Below are positions 41,220 through 50,026 of a DNA stretch of 64,000 nucleotides, one piece after another (position 1 is the first letter of the stretch; each line of letters begins with the position of its first letter). The stretch is from a bacterium (GTDB taxonomy: Bacteria > UBA8248 > JACPRG01 > G963555815). The stretch covers positions 224,001-288,000 of the forward strand of contig CBDHDG010000004.1 of assembly GCA_965261595.1 (NCBI GenBank), read 5' to 3'. The notes under the pieces were generated by a model that saw only the letters and a program-made list of their open reading frames with translations, was not told where the DNA came from and did not search any database. A program made the translations under genes and the position numbers.

Positions 41220-41422
41220 CGAATCCCTTTCCCAACCAGCCCGGGCCGAACCTCCATTCAAAAGAGCAATGTTATATGGGACAAAGAAGGCAGGCAACCC
41301 GATCCGTCCACGCTCCGGCCCTCCCGCCGCGACGGCGCCCCCCCGGGGGATAAACGAATCCGTTGTTTGATCATCACCGGAATGATATAAGACCTGAACT
41401 GAGCGCAAAATTGGCGAAAGAA

Positions 41423-43905
41423 ATGATCGCTCCTTTCTTCCATGCGGCCATCGGCCTGGTAACGGGGATTGTGGTCTTGTCCCCCCGGACCTCCCTGTCT
41501 TTGACGGCCGCGTGGTGCGCCCTGGCCGGCACGTCCCTTCTCTACCTTTTTCGCGATCCCAAGAAACGGCGGGCCGCCTGGACCGGCGTGGCCGCCTTTG
41601 CGGTTGGGCTCTGCCTGCATCCGCTCCAGTCGCAATGGGAAACCAAGCTCGAGCTTCTGCCGAAGAACCTGCGATCGCGCCGGGTGACGTTGTACGGCCG
41701 GGTGGACAGCCCGATTGAGCGCGGCGGACGGTCCGAGCGGATTTTGCTTCGGATGGAGAAAATCGAAACGCCCGGCGGCGCGATCCCGATCCGCAGCCGG
41801 GCCCGCCTCACCTTCTACAGCCGGGGACTCGAAGCCCGATACGGCGACCGCGTGCGCGTGGATCGTGTGCGCCTGCACCACTCCAAGGGGTTCGGGAATC
41901 CGGGGTCGTTCGATTACGAGGCGTACCTGGCCGTGCGGGGAATCGCCGCCGTCGGCGGCGTGAGCCGGGTCTCGCGGCTCACCATCCTCGAAAGGGGCGG
42001 CGGGTCCCGGATTTTTTCCGCGCTCTACGGTGTGCGCGAGCGATTGCTGAAAACCGTCCGGAGCGCCTTGCCGCCCCCCGGCTCCCACGTCCTCAGCGCC
42101 CTGCTCTACGGGGAGCGCAGGGGCGTCCCCGCGAAGATCCGCGACGCCTTCTACGACACGGGGGCGGGTCACCTGCTGGCCATCTCCGGCCTGCACGTCG
42201 GATTTGTGGCCTTCTTTCTCTACCGGCTTCTCCTTTGGATGGGCCGCTGGACGCCGAGGGCCGTCCGGATGCGGACGCCCTCCTCTCTCACGCCGGGCCG
42301 CCTGGCCGCGCTGGGCGCGATCCCCCTGGTCCTGGCCTACATGGTCATCGCCGGCGCGCGGGTGTCCACCGTGCGGGCCGCCCTCATGGTCGTCGCCTAT
42401 CTCCTCGCGCAATTTTTTCAGCGGGACCGGGACCGCTACAACACCCTCGGCCTCGCCGCCCTCTTCATCCTCTTGTGGGACCGCCAGTTTTTGTTCGACG
42501 CCGGGTTCCAGCTTTTCTTCATTGCCGTTCTGGTCATCCTGACCGGCGCTCGGCAAGCGTCCTCCCCCTCCCCGGGCGCTCCGCCCCCGAGCCGGGTCGC
42601 GGCTTCATCCGGGTGACGGTTTGGGTCTCGGTGGCGATGATCCCGATTGTGGCGTCTCACTTTCACCGGGTCGGCCTGTACGCCATCGCGGCGAATCTCG
42701 CGCTCATCCCCGTGACCTCGCTCGTCGTGCCCTCGGGACTGGCGGCCTCCGTCCTGGGAAGCGCGATCCCGTGGGCGGCGGACGCCCTGTTTTATCCCGT
42801 CCACCTTCTTCTGCTCCTTCTGACCCACGGCGCGCAGTGGATCGCCGCGCTGCCCCATGCCACAATCCGCGTCCTACCGCCCTCGCCCATGATGCTCATC
42901 GCGCTCTACAGCGCCGCGGCCGCCTGGATCCTGCTGGACCGTCGGAAGGTCCTCACGCGCGCGGGGATCGGGGCGTGCGCCGTCGTCTTCGGCGTTTCCC
43001 TCACCTGGAACCTCCTCGAGCGGTCCCGCGCCGCGAAGCAGGGCGAGCTGGAAATCTTCTTTCTCGACGTGGGCGACGCGGATGCGACGTTCGTCAGGCT
43101 GCCCGACGGTCGGACGCTCCTGGTGGACGCGGCGGGCCGGTTCTCTGAATCATTCGACGTGGGAAAGGCCGTCGTCGTTCCATTCCTGGAAACACAATGG
43201 ATCCGGCGCCTGGACTACGCCCTGTTGACCCATCCGGAGCGGGACCACGCGGGCGGATTGCTGGCCGTCCTGGGATCGATGTCGGTGGGGCAGCTCTGGG
43301 AAAGCGGCCTGCGCTCGACCAACCCGCTTCGCGGCCGGGTCCTGCTGGCGGCGGCGGCCCGCGCGGTGCCGCTCCATCGGCTCCGGCGGGGCGCGAAGAT
43401 AAGCGGGCGCGGCTACCGGATTGAGGTCCTCCATCCAAGCCCCGAGCGGAAAACCGTCGGGTATCGCCGGGACAACGATCACTCGGTCGTCCTCCGCATC
43501 GTCCACGGGAAGGTGCGCATCCTGCTGGCCTCGGACCTGGAGCGGCGCGGCGAGCGGGAGCTCCTCCGCTCGGGGGAAAACCTCCGCGCCGAGGTCCTGC
43601 GGGTCCCCCATCACGGAAGCCGCACGTCCAGCTCGTGGCCCTTCCTTCGGCGGGTCCGTCCGCGCGCCGCCGTCATCTCCGCCGGCCGTCCGTGGCGGGG
43701 GCACCCCTCGCGGAAAGTCATTTCCCGCTACCGGCGGATGGGCGCGAAGGTCTTTCGCACGGACCTCGACGGGGCGGTCCGGATGTGGTCCGACGGGAAA
43801 ACCTACCGCCTGGAGAGCACGCGCCGGCCGGGGCGCCGGTTCGAGGCCAAGGGGGAAGGGATGGCGCCCACACGCGTCGCGGCGGAGCGCCGGCGGACCG
43901 ATTGA
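41423..43905 (+). CDS. comEC: DNA uptake protein ComEC/Rec2, frameshift near 42570-42600
   Basis: NPGSFDY, HLLAISGLHVG, RAALM and GFQL in the first frame. DVGDAD, THPERDH, NDHSVV, HHGSRTSS and RTDLDG (MBL domain) in the second frame. Confidence 0.88.
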
Positions 43906-44004
43906 CTTCCCGGCACCCCGGACCCATTCTTTCCCGGGGGTGCGGACGCCCCCCATACGCGGAGGACAAGGGCGTTTCGGATTCACCCGCCGGGAGAGCG
44001 CGCT

Positions 44005-44766
44005 CTGAACCCGATTCCAAAAATCAGCCCGGCGGGTCTGGCCGCCTGGGCGGGCGCCGGCCGCAGGGTCGCGCTCACCGGAGCGGGCGTCTCGGCCGAG
44101 AGCGGGATTCCGACCTTCCGGGGCGCCGGGGGTCTTTGGAACGGCCGGCGTCCCGAAACCCTGGCTTCTCCGGAGGCATTCGCGGCGGACCCGAAGCTGG
44201 TGTGGGAGTTCTACGACTGGCGGCGCTCGGTGATTCATCAAGCCGCGCCCAACCCCGCCCACGCCGCCCTCGCGGCGCTGGAAGAGGGGTCGGAAGGATT
44301 CGTCCTCCTGACGCAGAATATCGACGGGCTCCACCGGGACGCGGGGAGCCGAAACGTCGTCGAGCTTCACGGCAACATCTGGGAAGTCCGGAGCGCGGCG
44401 GGCGGAGAAGTCACCGAGAACCGTCAGGTCCCCCTCGACCCGCTGCCCCCCCGGACCGAAACCGGGGCGCTCCTGCGGCCCAACGTGGTGTGGTTCGGCG
44501 AAGGGCTGGACCCGAAGATTCTGGAGAAGGCGCTGGAAGCGGCCGCCCGATGCGACTTCATGATCGTCGCCGGGACCTCGGCCGCCGTCCAGCCGGCGGG
44601 GTGCCTTCCGGTCCTCGCCAAACAGAACGGGGCGTACGTCCTGGAGGTGAATCCGGAACCCACGCCGATCTCCGGGTGGGTGGACGAGACCCTGCTCGGA
44701 AAGGCGGGAGAGGTCCTGCCGGAGGTCGTCGAGGCCGTCGGCCGGGCCGGGCGGCCGGGCCGGTGA
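44005..44766 (+). CDS. cobB: NAD-dependent deacylase (sirtuin, class III)
   Basis: LTGAGVSAESGIPTFRG lies in frame upstream of the tracked start. Also FYDWRR, TQNIDGLH, ELHGN, RPNVVWFGE, GTS. Start codon non-canonical or uncertain (CTG 44005). Confidence 0.88.
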   Translation: MNPIPKISPAGLAAWAGAGRRVALTGAGVSAESGIPTFRGAGGLWNGRRPETLASPEAFAADPKLVWEFYDWRRSVIHQAAPNPAHAALAALEEGSEGFVLLTQNIDGLHRDAGSRNVVELHGNIWEVRSAAGGEVTENRQVPLDPLPPRTETGALLRPNVVWFGEGLDPKILEKALEAAARCDFMIVAGTSAAVQPAGCLPVLAKQNGAYVLEVNPEPTPISGWVDETLLGKAGEVLPEVVEAVGRAGRPGR

Positions 44767-44815
44767 CACCCCGCCTTTTCCGCCCATTCACCGACATGCG
44801 AGGAAGCGAAAAGAA

Positions 44816-46078
44816 TTGAAACCGGAAACGATTCGCGCCGTGAGGGGCGTTCAGGACATCCTGCCCGCGCGGACGCCGGCGTGGCAGCATGTGGAGGCCG
44901 TCGCCCGCCGGGCGTTCCACCGGTATGGATTCGGCGAGATTAAGATCCCCATCTTCGAGCAGACCCGTCTCTTCACCCGGGGGATCGGCGAATCCACCGA
45001 CATCGTTCACAAAGAGATGTACACCTTCGAGGACCGGAGCGGGGACAGCCTGACCCTGCGGCCCGAGGCCACGGCCTCGATCGTTCGCGCCTATCGGGAG
45101 CACCACCTCGACAAGACGGGCGACGTGACAAAGCTCTACTTCATCGGCCCGATGTTCCGCTATGAGCGGCCCCAGGCCGGACGGCTCCGCCAGTTCCACC
45201 AAATCGATTGCGAGGTCTTCGGCGCGTCGCATCCGGCCGTGGACGCGGAGATCATCGCCCTGGCATGGGAGATCCTCTCGGCGCTGGGTCTGACGGGCCT
45301 GGACGTGGAGATCAACACCCTGGGAGACCCCGGCGACCGCCCGGCCTACCTGAAGGTCCTGCGCGCCTACTTCACCGGCCATCTGGATCGCCTGTGCGAA
45401 GACTGCGACCGCCGGTTCCGGGAAAACCCCCTTCGCATCCTGGACTGCAAGAAACCCGGGTGCCGGGAGGTCGCCGCGGCGTCCCCCGCGCTCTTCGACC
45501 ACGTGAGCCGCGCCTCGCGGGAAACCTTCGAGAAGGTCCTGCGCCTCCTGGATGAGGAGAAGATCCCCCACCGGGTCAATCCGCACCTGGTTCGGGGCCT
45601 GGATTACTACACCCACACGGCTTTCGAGATCACGGCGGAAGGCCTCGGCGCGCAAAACACGGTCGCGGGGGGCGGACGGTACGACGGTCTCGTGGAGGCC
45701 CTGGGCGGCCCTCCCACGCCGGCCACCGGCTTCGCCATCGGGATGGAGCGCCTGATCTCGCTCCTCCCCGAGACGGGGGACGGGCGCGACGAGCGGAAGG
45801 TCTTCCTGGTCGCTTTGGGCGGGCGGGCCTCGGAGCGGGCGTTCGGCTGGGCGCAACAGTGGCGAAGGGCGGGGCTCTCGGTCCTGTGGGACTTCGACGG
45901 GCGCAGCCTGAAGGCCCAAATGAAAAAGGCCGACCGCTCCGGCGCGGCGTTCGCCGTCCTCATCGGCGAGGATGAGATCGAGACGGGGGCGGCGCGCGTC
46001 CGGGATCTGCGCGACGGCGTCCAACGAGCCGTGCCCTTCGATGAAATCCCGGCGCGAATCCTGGAGGAGCTCAGTTGA
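44816..46078 (+). CDS. hisS: Histidine-tRNA ligase
   Basis: KEMY, LRPEATA, FRYERPQAGRLRQFHQ, RGLDYY, GGGRYD. Confidence 0.97.
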   Translation: MKPETIRAVRGVQDILPARTPAWQHVEAVARRAFHRYGFGEIKIPIFEQTRLFTRGIGESTDIVHKEMYTFEDRSGDSLTLRPEATASIVRAYREHHLDKTGDVTKLYFIGPMFRYERPQAGRLRQFHQIDCEVFGASHPAVDAEIIALAWEILSALGLTGLDVEINTLGDPGDRPAYLKVLRAYFTGHLDRLCEDCDRRFRENPLRILDCKKPGCREVAAASPALFDHVSRASRETFEKVLRLLDEEKIPHRVNPHLVRGLDYYTHTAFEITAEGLGAQNTVAGGGRYDGLVEALGGPPTPATGFAIGMERLISLLPETGDGRDERKVFLVALGGRASERAFGWAQQWRRAGLSVLWDFDGRSLKAQMKKADRSGAAFAVLIGEDEIETGAARVRDLRDGVQRAVPFDEIPARILEELS

Positions 46079-46523
46079 TTTTCCGGGGGGCGTCCTCTTG
46101 GGAGGAGGGGGGAGGGGACTCCCTCCAGACAGCATGGGCCCGGACCGTGACGGTCGACTGTCCAAACCGGCGCATGACCTTCTGAACCACCCACCGTTGG
46201 ATGACCGGCCGCGTGGCCGGAACCAGGCAAAAGAACCCGGCGGCGTCCGTGATCAACCCGGGCGTCAACAAAAGCGCCCCCCCCACCAGGATAAACGCCC
46301 CGTCGACGAGCTCGGAGGACGGCGGCTCCCCCACCTTGATGGATTCCCGGATGCGGCGAAGGACGCCGATGCCCTCCGCCCTGGCGAGCCACGCCCCGGC
46401 CGCGCCCGTGATGACAACAATGGAGATGGTGTACACCGCCCCGATTTCCTGCCCCACACGGATGAGGATGGCAAGCTCCAGCAGCGGCACGGCCGTAAAC
46501 AACGGGAATAGCTTGAAGACCAT
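46071..46523 (-). CDS. fxsA: FxsA family membrane protein
   Basis: PLLELAILIRVG, GALLLTPGLITD. Confidence 0.9.
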   Translation of the reverse strand: MVFKLFPLFTAVPLLELAILIRVGQEIGAVYTISIVVITGAAGAWLARAEGIGVLRRIRESIKVGEPPSSELVDGAFILVGGALLLTPGLITDAAGFFCLVPATRPVIQRWVVQKVMRRFGQSTVTVRAHAVWRESPPPSSQEDAPRKIN

Positions 46524-46666
46524 CGGAGAGCTCCTCGAGAAACACCCTCGTCCGAAACCGGTTTCACCCTCTCTCCCCACGATAACCACGCCGCTTCGCC
46601 CCGTCAAATCCGACTTGCGGATGATAAGGCCGGAAATGGCTTCTGCCTGATTGTGTTAAGGTTCCG

Positions 46667-46695
46667 TTGCGTACACGTATTTGCGTGTATAAAAT
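46667..46695 (+). promoter_or_regulatory. Sigma70-type promoter with embedded palindrome
   Basis: TTGCGT-17 nt-TAAAAT, with TACACG-N6-CGTGTA at 46672-46689. Confidence 0.55.
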
Positions 46696-47227
46696 AACAC
46701 TCAGGTCAGTTGATGAGGTGGACGGAGCTTTGGAGCGCGAATGTTCAGAAAAATCTGGGTGCTGGTCGGAATGCTTCTGGCCGTCTTCGTGGTTGGCACC
46801 CTCGGCTATGCGGTCATCGAGGAGGACTGGAGTTTATTCGACGCCTTTTACATGACGGTCATTTCGTTGACCACGGTGGGATACGGTGAGACCCGGCCGC
46901 TGACGGTTCAAGGCAGGGTGTTCACCGTTTTTCTCCTGCTCGGAGGTGTCGGGACCCTGGCCTACGGGATCTCCACCACGACGGCGTTCCTGGTTGGTGG
47001 ACAGTTCACCCAGTTGATGAGGGAGCGGAGCTTGGAAGCGAAGATCCAACGGTTATCCGGCCACATCGTGGTGTGCGGACTCGGAGAGACCGGACGCCAC
47101 GTGGCGGAGGAGTTCCGGAACACCGACCACGCCTTTGTCGCCGTGGAAACGGATCGGGAGAGGATCGAAGCGAGGCTCCAGTGGACCGCCCCTGGGTTAT
47201 TGGACACTCGGGTGAGGGTATTCGACC

Positions 47228-48136
47228 TCATGCGGCCTCCGCAACTTGAGCGAGTTTTTCCTGCCTTGCCTGGGCCGGCGTTCGGTAGCCGTAGCCCTCG
47301 AGAATCCAATGATGGTTGTACAGGTTCTTGAACTCAAGCAGCGCCCACCGCAGTTCCTCTACGGTGGCGAAAGAGCGCACCCACAGGAGATTCTCCTTCA
47401 AGATGCGGATGAACCACTCACAGTAGCCATTTCCCTCGGGCGCCCGCACGAAGCTGGGCGAACTGGTCATGCCCAGGTAGGCGATCTCCCGCTGAAAGTC
47501 ATCGGACAGATAGGCGGGGCCGTGGTCGTGACGAACTTTAAGCCCCTCGGCGACGTCCGCCTCCAAGCCGGCGAAGCGCTCGGCGACCCCCTGCCGGATC
47601 GGCTCCAGGGCCTCGAAGCGGTTGCCGCTCTTGGCCGCATGGATCCCCACGCAGTCCACCGAGCAGTGATCCACCGCCACGAACACCGAGGCCATCCCCT
47701 CCTCGGTGGTCACCGTCGTCGTCATGTGCGTGCCCCACATTCGGTCGGGCCGCTCGGTGCGGATGGTCCCGTTGTGGGCCTTGGGACCTCGGGGTTTGCC
47801 CACCCGGTGGGGGGCCTGAAGCCCCGCCTCCCGCATCAGGCGACGCACCCGCTCCTTGCTGGTGCGGATGCCCGCGAAGCGCAGCCTCGCCCACACCTTG
47901 CGGTAGCCCTCGCCATGGAAGGGAGAGTCCTCCAGGACCTGCCGGATGTGGCCGAGGAGTTCCGCATCGGTGCACGGGCCCACAGGGCCGCGCTTATTGG
48001 GCGTGGGGCGTTCATGAACGGGGACCGCCTCTCGCCGCCGTTGCGCGTAGACCGTGGAGCGCGCCAAGCCCCAAAGGGCGCACACCCGCTTCAGGCCGTA
48101 GGCTCTGCCCGTGGAGGTGAAGCGGGCCTGACTCAT
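47228..48136 (-). CDS. IS3-family transposase OrfB (rve integrase core), first catalytic Asp replaced by His
   Basis: GYRKVWARL, WGTHMT (expected WGTD), RHDHG, PEGNGYCE. ATGA overlap with orfA. Confidence 0.85.
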   Translation of the reverse strand: MSQARFTSTGRAYGLKRVCALWGLARSTVYAQRRREAVPVHERPTPNKRGPVGPCTDAELLGHIRQVLEDSPFHGEGYRKVWARLRFAGIRTSKERVRRLMREAGLQAPHRVGKPRGPKAHNGTIRTERPDRMWGTHMTTTVTTEEGMASVFVAVDHCSVDCVGIHAAKSGNRFEALEPIRQGVAERFAGLEADVAEGLKVRHDHGPAYLSDDFQREIAYLGMTSSPSFVRAPEGNGYCEWFIRILKENLLWVRSFATVEELRWALLEFKNLYNHHWILEGYGYRTPAQARQEKLAQVAEAA

Positions 48137-48519
48137 CGCCTCCACCTCCTGCCGGCTAAAGGGCGGCCGGCCTCCAGGCGGTCGATCTTCTCCCGCAGGA
48201 CCTCGCCCTCCATCGTGAGTTCGCCCACCTTGGCCTTGAGCCGGGCGTTCTCCTCGTCCCGCTCATCCGCCGGGCGGGCTTTGAGCGCCGCCTCGCCCCC
48301 GCGAAGGAACGCCTCGCGCCAAGCGGAAAGCCGAGCCGCTGTCGTGCCCAACTCGCGGCAGAGCGTCTCCAGGCTCTCGCCCCGCAAAAGACGCAGGACC
48401 GCCTCCCGCTTGCGCTGGCAGGAGAACCGACCCCGCTCACTGCGATGCCCTGGGGCCTTGGCTCCGTTCGCCCTGCGGGCGCCCTCCGCCAAAGCCCCCT
48501 CTTGCTTTTGTTCGTTCAT
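48133..48519 (-). CDS. IS3-family transposase OrfA
   Basis: HTH (KREAVLRLLRGESLETLCRELG) and leucine zipper (RLKAKVGELTME). Confidence 0.85.
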   Translation of the reverse strand: MNEQKQEGALAEGARRANGAKAPGHRSERGRFSCQRKREAVLRLLRGESLETLCRELGTTAARLSAWREAFLRGGEAALKARPADERDEENARLKAKVGELTMEGEVLREKIDRLEAGRPLAGRRWRR

Positions 48520-49170
48520 CGCGACACCCCTTTCTCCATGAATCATGGATCAATCGAGTGTCCAACAAAACCCTAGAGCGGGGGACCAGGACGATCCCAG
48601 ACTCCTCTACATTGAAGGGGACGCCACCAACGAGGGGTGCCTGGAGCGCGCCAACATCCAGAAGGCGTCGGGTCTGGTGACCTGTCTGCCCGATGACAAG
48701 GCCAACATCTTTGTCGTCCTCGCCGCCCGGGAGCTCTGCCCCGAGATCCGGATCATCTCGAGGGTCATTCACCGGGACGCGGAATCCAAGCTGCGGAAGG
48801 TCGGCGCCGACGGAACGGTGTCGGCCAACTTCATGGGCGGCATGCGGATGGCCTCGGAGATGGTCCGTCCGGCGGTCGTCTCCTTCCTCGACACCATGCT
48901 GCGGGATTCCCGGGGGACTTACCGGGTCGAAGAGACCGCCATCCGCGAAGGCTCATTCCTTTGCGGAAAGATGCTACGCGCGGGCGAAATCCCGCAAAAG
49001 ACCGGTCTGCTCGTCCTCGCCGTCCAGAAGTCGGGCGACCCTAATTACCTGTACAACCCGGAAGCCGATTGCCTCCTTGAAGCGGAAGACCTCGTTGTGG
49101 TCATGGGGCGGTTGAATCAGATTCAAGACCTCCGGGAACTCGCCGGCCCCGCATAAGCCGGAGACCAGGC

Positions 49171-49971
49171 ATGGCCAAGCCGCAGAAGACCAAACCCGCG
49201 CCCCGGGCGATGGACCACACGCTGGAAGCGGTCCCCTGGGCCATCGAATTCGCGAACACCCCCCTGTCCGAGGACAACTGGAGGGACCACCTGTGGAGAT
49301 GGTTCGCCGTGACGGTGGAGCCGGATGAGGAGGTCGCGCCCGAGGCGGACGAGACGCACCCTCGGGGCAAGCGCTCCCCGCAGTGGCACTTCGGCGGCAT
49401 GGCCCCCACGCTGGGCCATATTCACCGGACGCAGGAAAGCATTCGCGAGACCCTGAGAACCCTGTCCGACAAGGGAACGGTCCCGCGGGACGTGGTCGAG
49501 CGGGTCAACAGCTACCTGATGGGCCTGCACGGCTTCAAATTTCACATCACCTCGGATTTAACGGACGGGGATCGGAACGGCGGCCGGGAGACCTCCGCTC
49601 CGCCGGACGGGGATTCAAAGGCGGCGGCCTCCGGCCCGGGCGCCTCGGGCAACGGCAAGGGCGTCCAACCTCAAACCCTCCGCCTTGAACCCATGACCTT
49701 CGACTTGAGAAGTCTGTTCTACTATCGCTTCTCCCTCTTCCTGATCAGCGCCGCCGCGCACCGCGTGCGGAAGTGCAAACAATGCGAAGGACACTTCATC
49801 CAGCGCTTCAATCACCGTAAGCTCTATTGCAGTGATCTCTGCCGATTCCGGTCTCACAACCGGTCGCGCACGCCGAAGAAGACGACCGGACACAAGCGCG
49901 GGGCCCAAGCGCCGCCTGCGAACTCCTACGTCAGGTGGCGCAAGTACGAGGGGGAATCCACCCCCGACTGA
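49171..49971 (+). CDS. CGNR zinc-finger-like (ABATE-type) protein
   Basis: AIEFANT N-terminal motif and VRKCKQCEGHF...YCSDLCR C-terminal Cys4 finger. Confidence 0.75.
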   Translation: MAKPQKTKPAPRAMDHTLEAVPWAIEFANTPLSEDNWRDHLWRWFAVTVEPDEEVAPEADETHPRGKRSPQWHFGGMAPTLGHIHRTQESIRETLRTLSDKGTVPRDVVERVNSYLMGLHGFKFHITSDLTDGDRNGGRETSAPPDGDSKAAASGPGASGNGKGVQPQTLRLEPMTFDLRSLFYYRFSLFLISAAAHRVRKCKQCEGHFIQRFNHRKLYCSDLCRFRSHNRSRTPKKTTGHKRGAQAPPANSYVRWRKYEGESTPD

Positions 49972-50026
49972 GCCCCGAGGGCGGGCCTTTCCGTTGCCGC
50001 TTTTTGAACATCTGCGCAAGGATCGC

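Larger units (their letters stand above)
47182..48585 (-). mobile_element. IS3-family insertion sequence (1404 bp)
   Basis: Imperfect terminal IRs sharing TTGGACACTCG (47200-47210 / 48555-48565). CCAG direct repeats at 47178-47181 and 48586-48589. orfA/orfB layout. Confidence 0.88.
46741..49156 (+). pseudogene. K+ channel with RCK (TrkA-N/TrkA-C) domains, interrupted by an IS
   Basis: TTVGYG filter and VVCGLGETG in 46741-47181, GDAT and RCK-C in 48590-49156. Removing the IS plus one target repeat restores a 335-aa frame (ARLQ-DDPRLLYIEGDAT). Confidence 0.92.
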
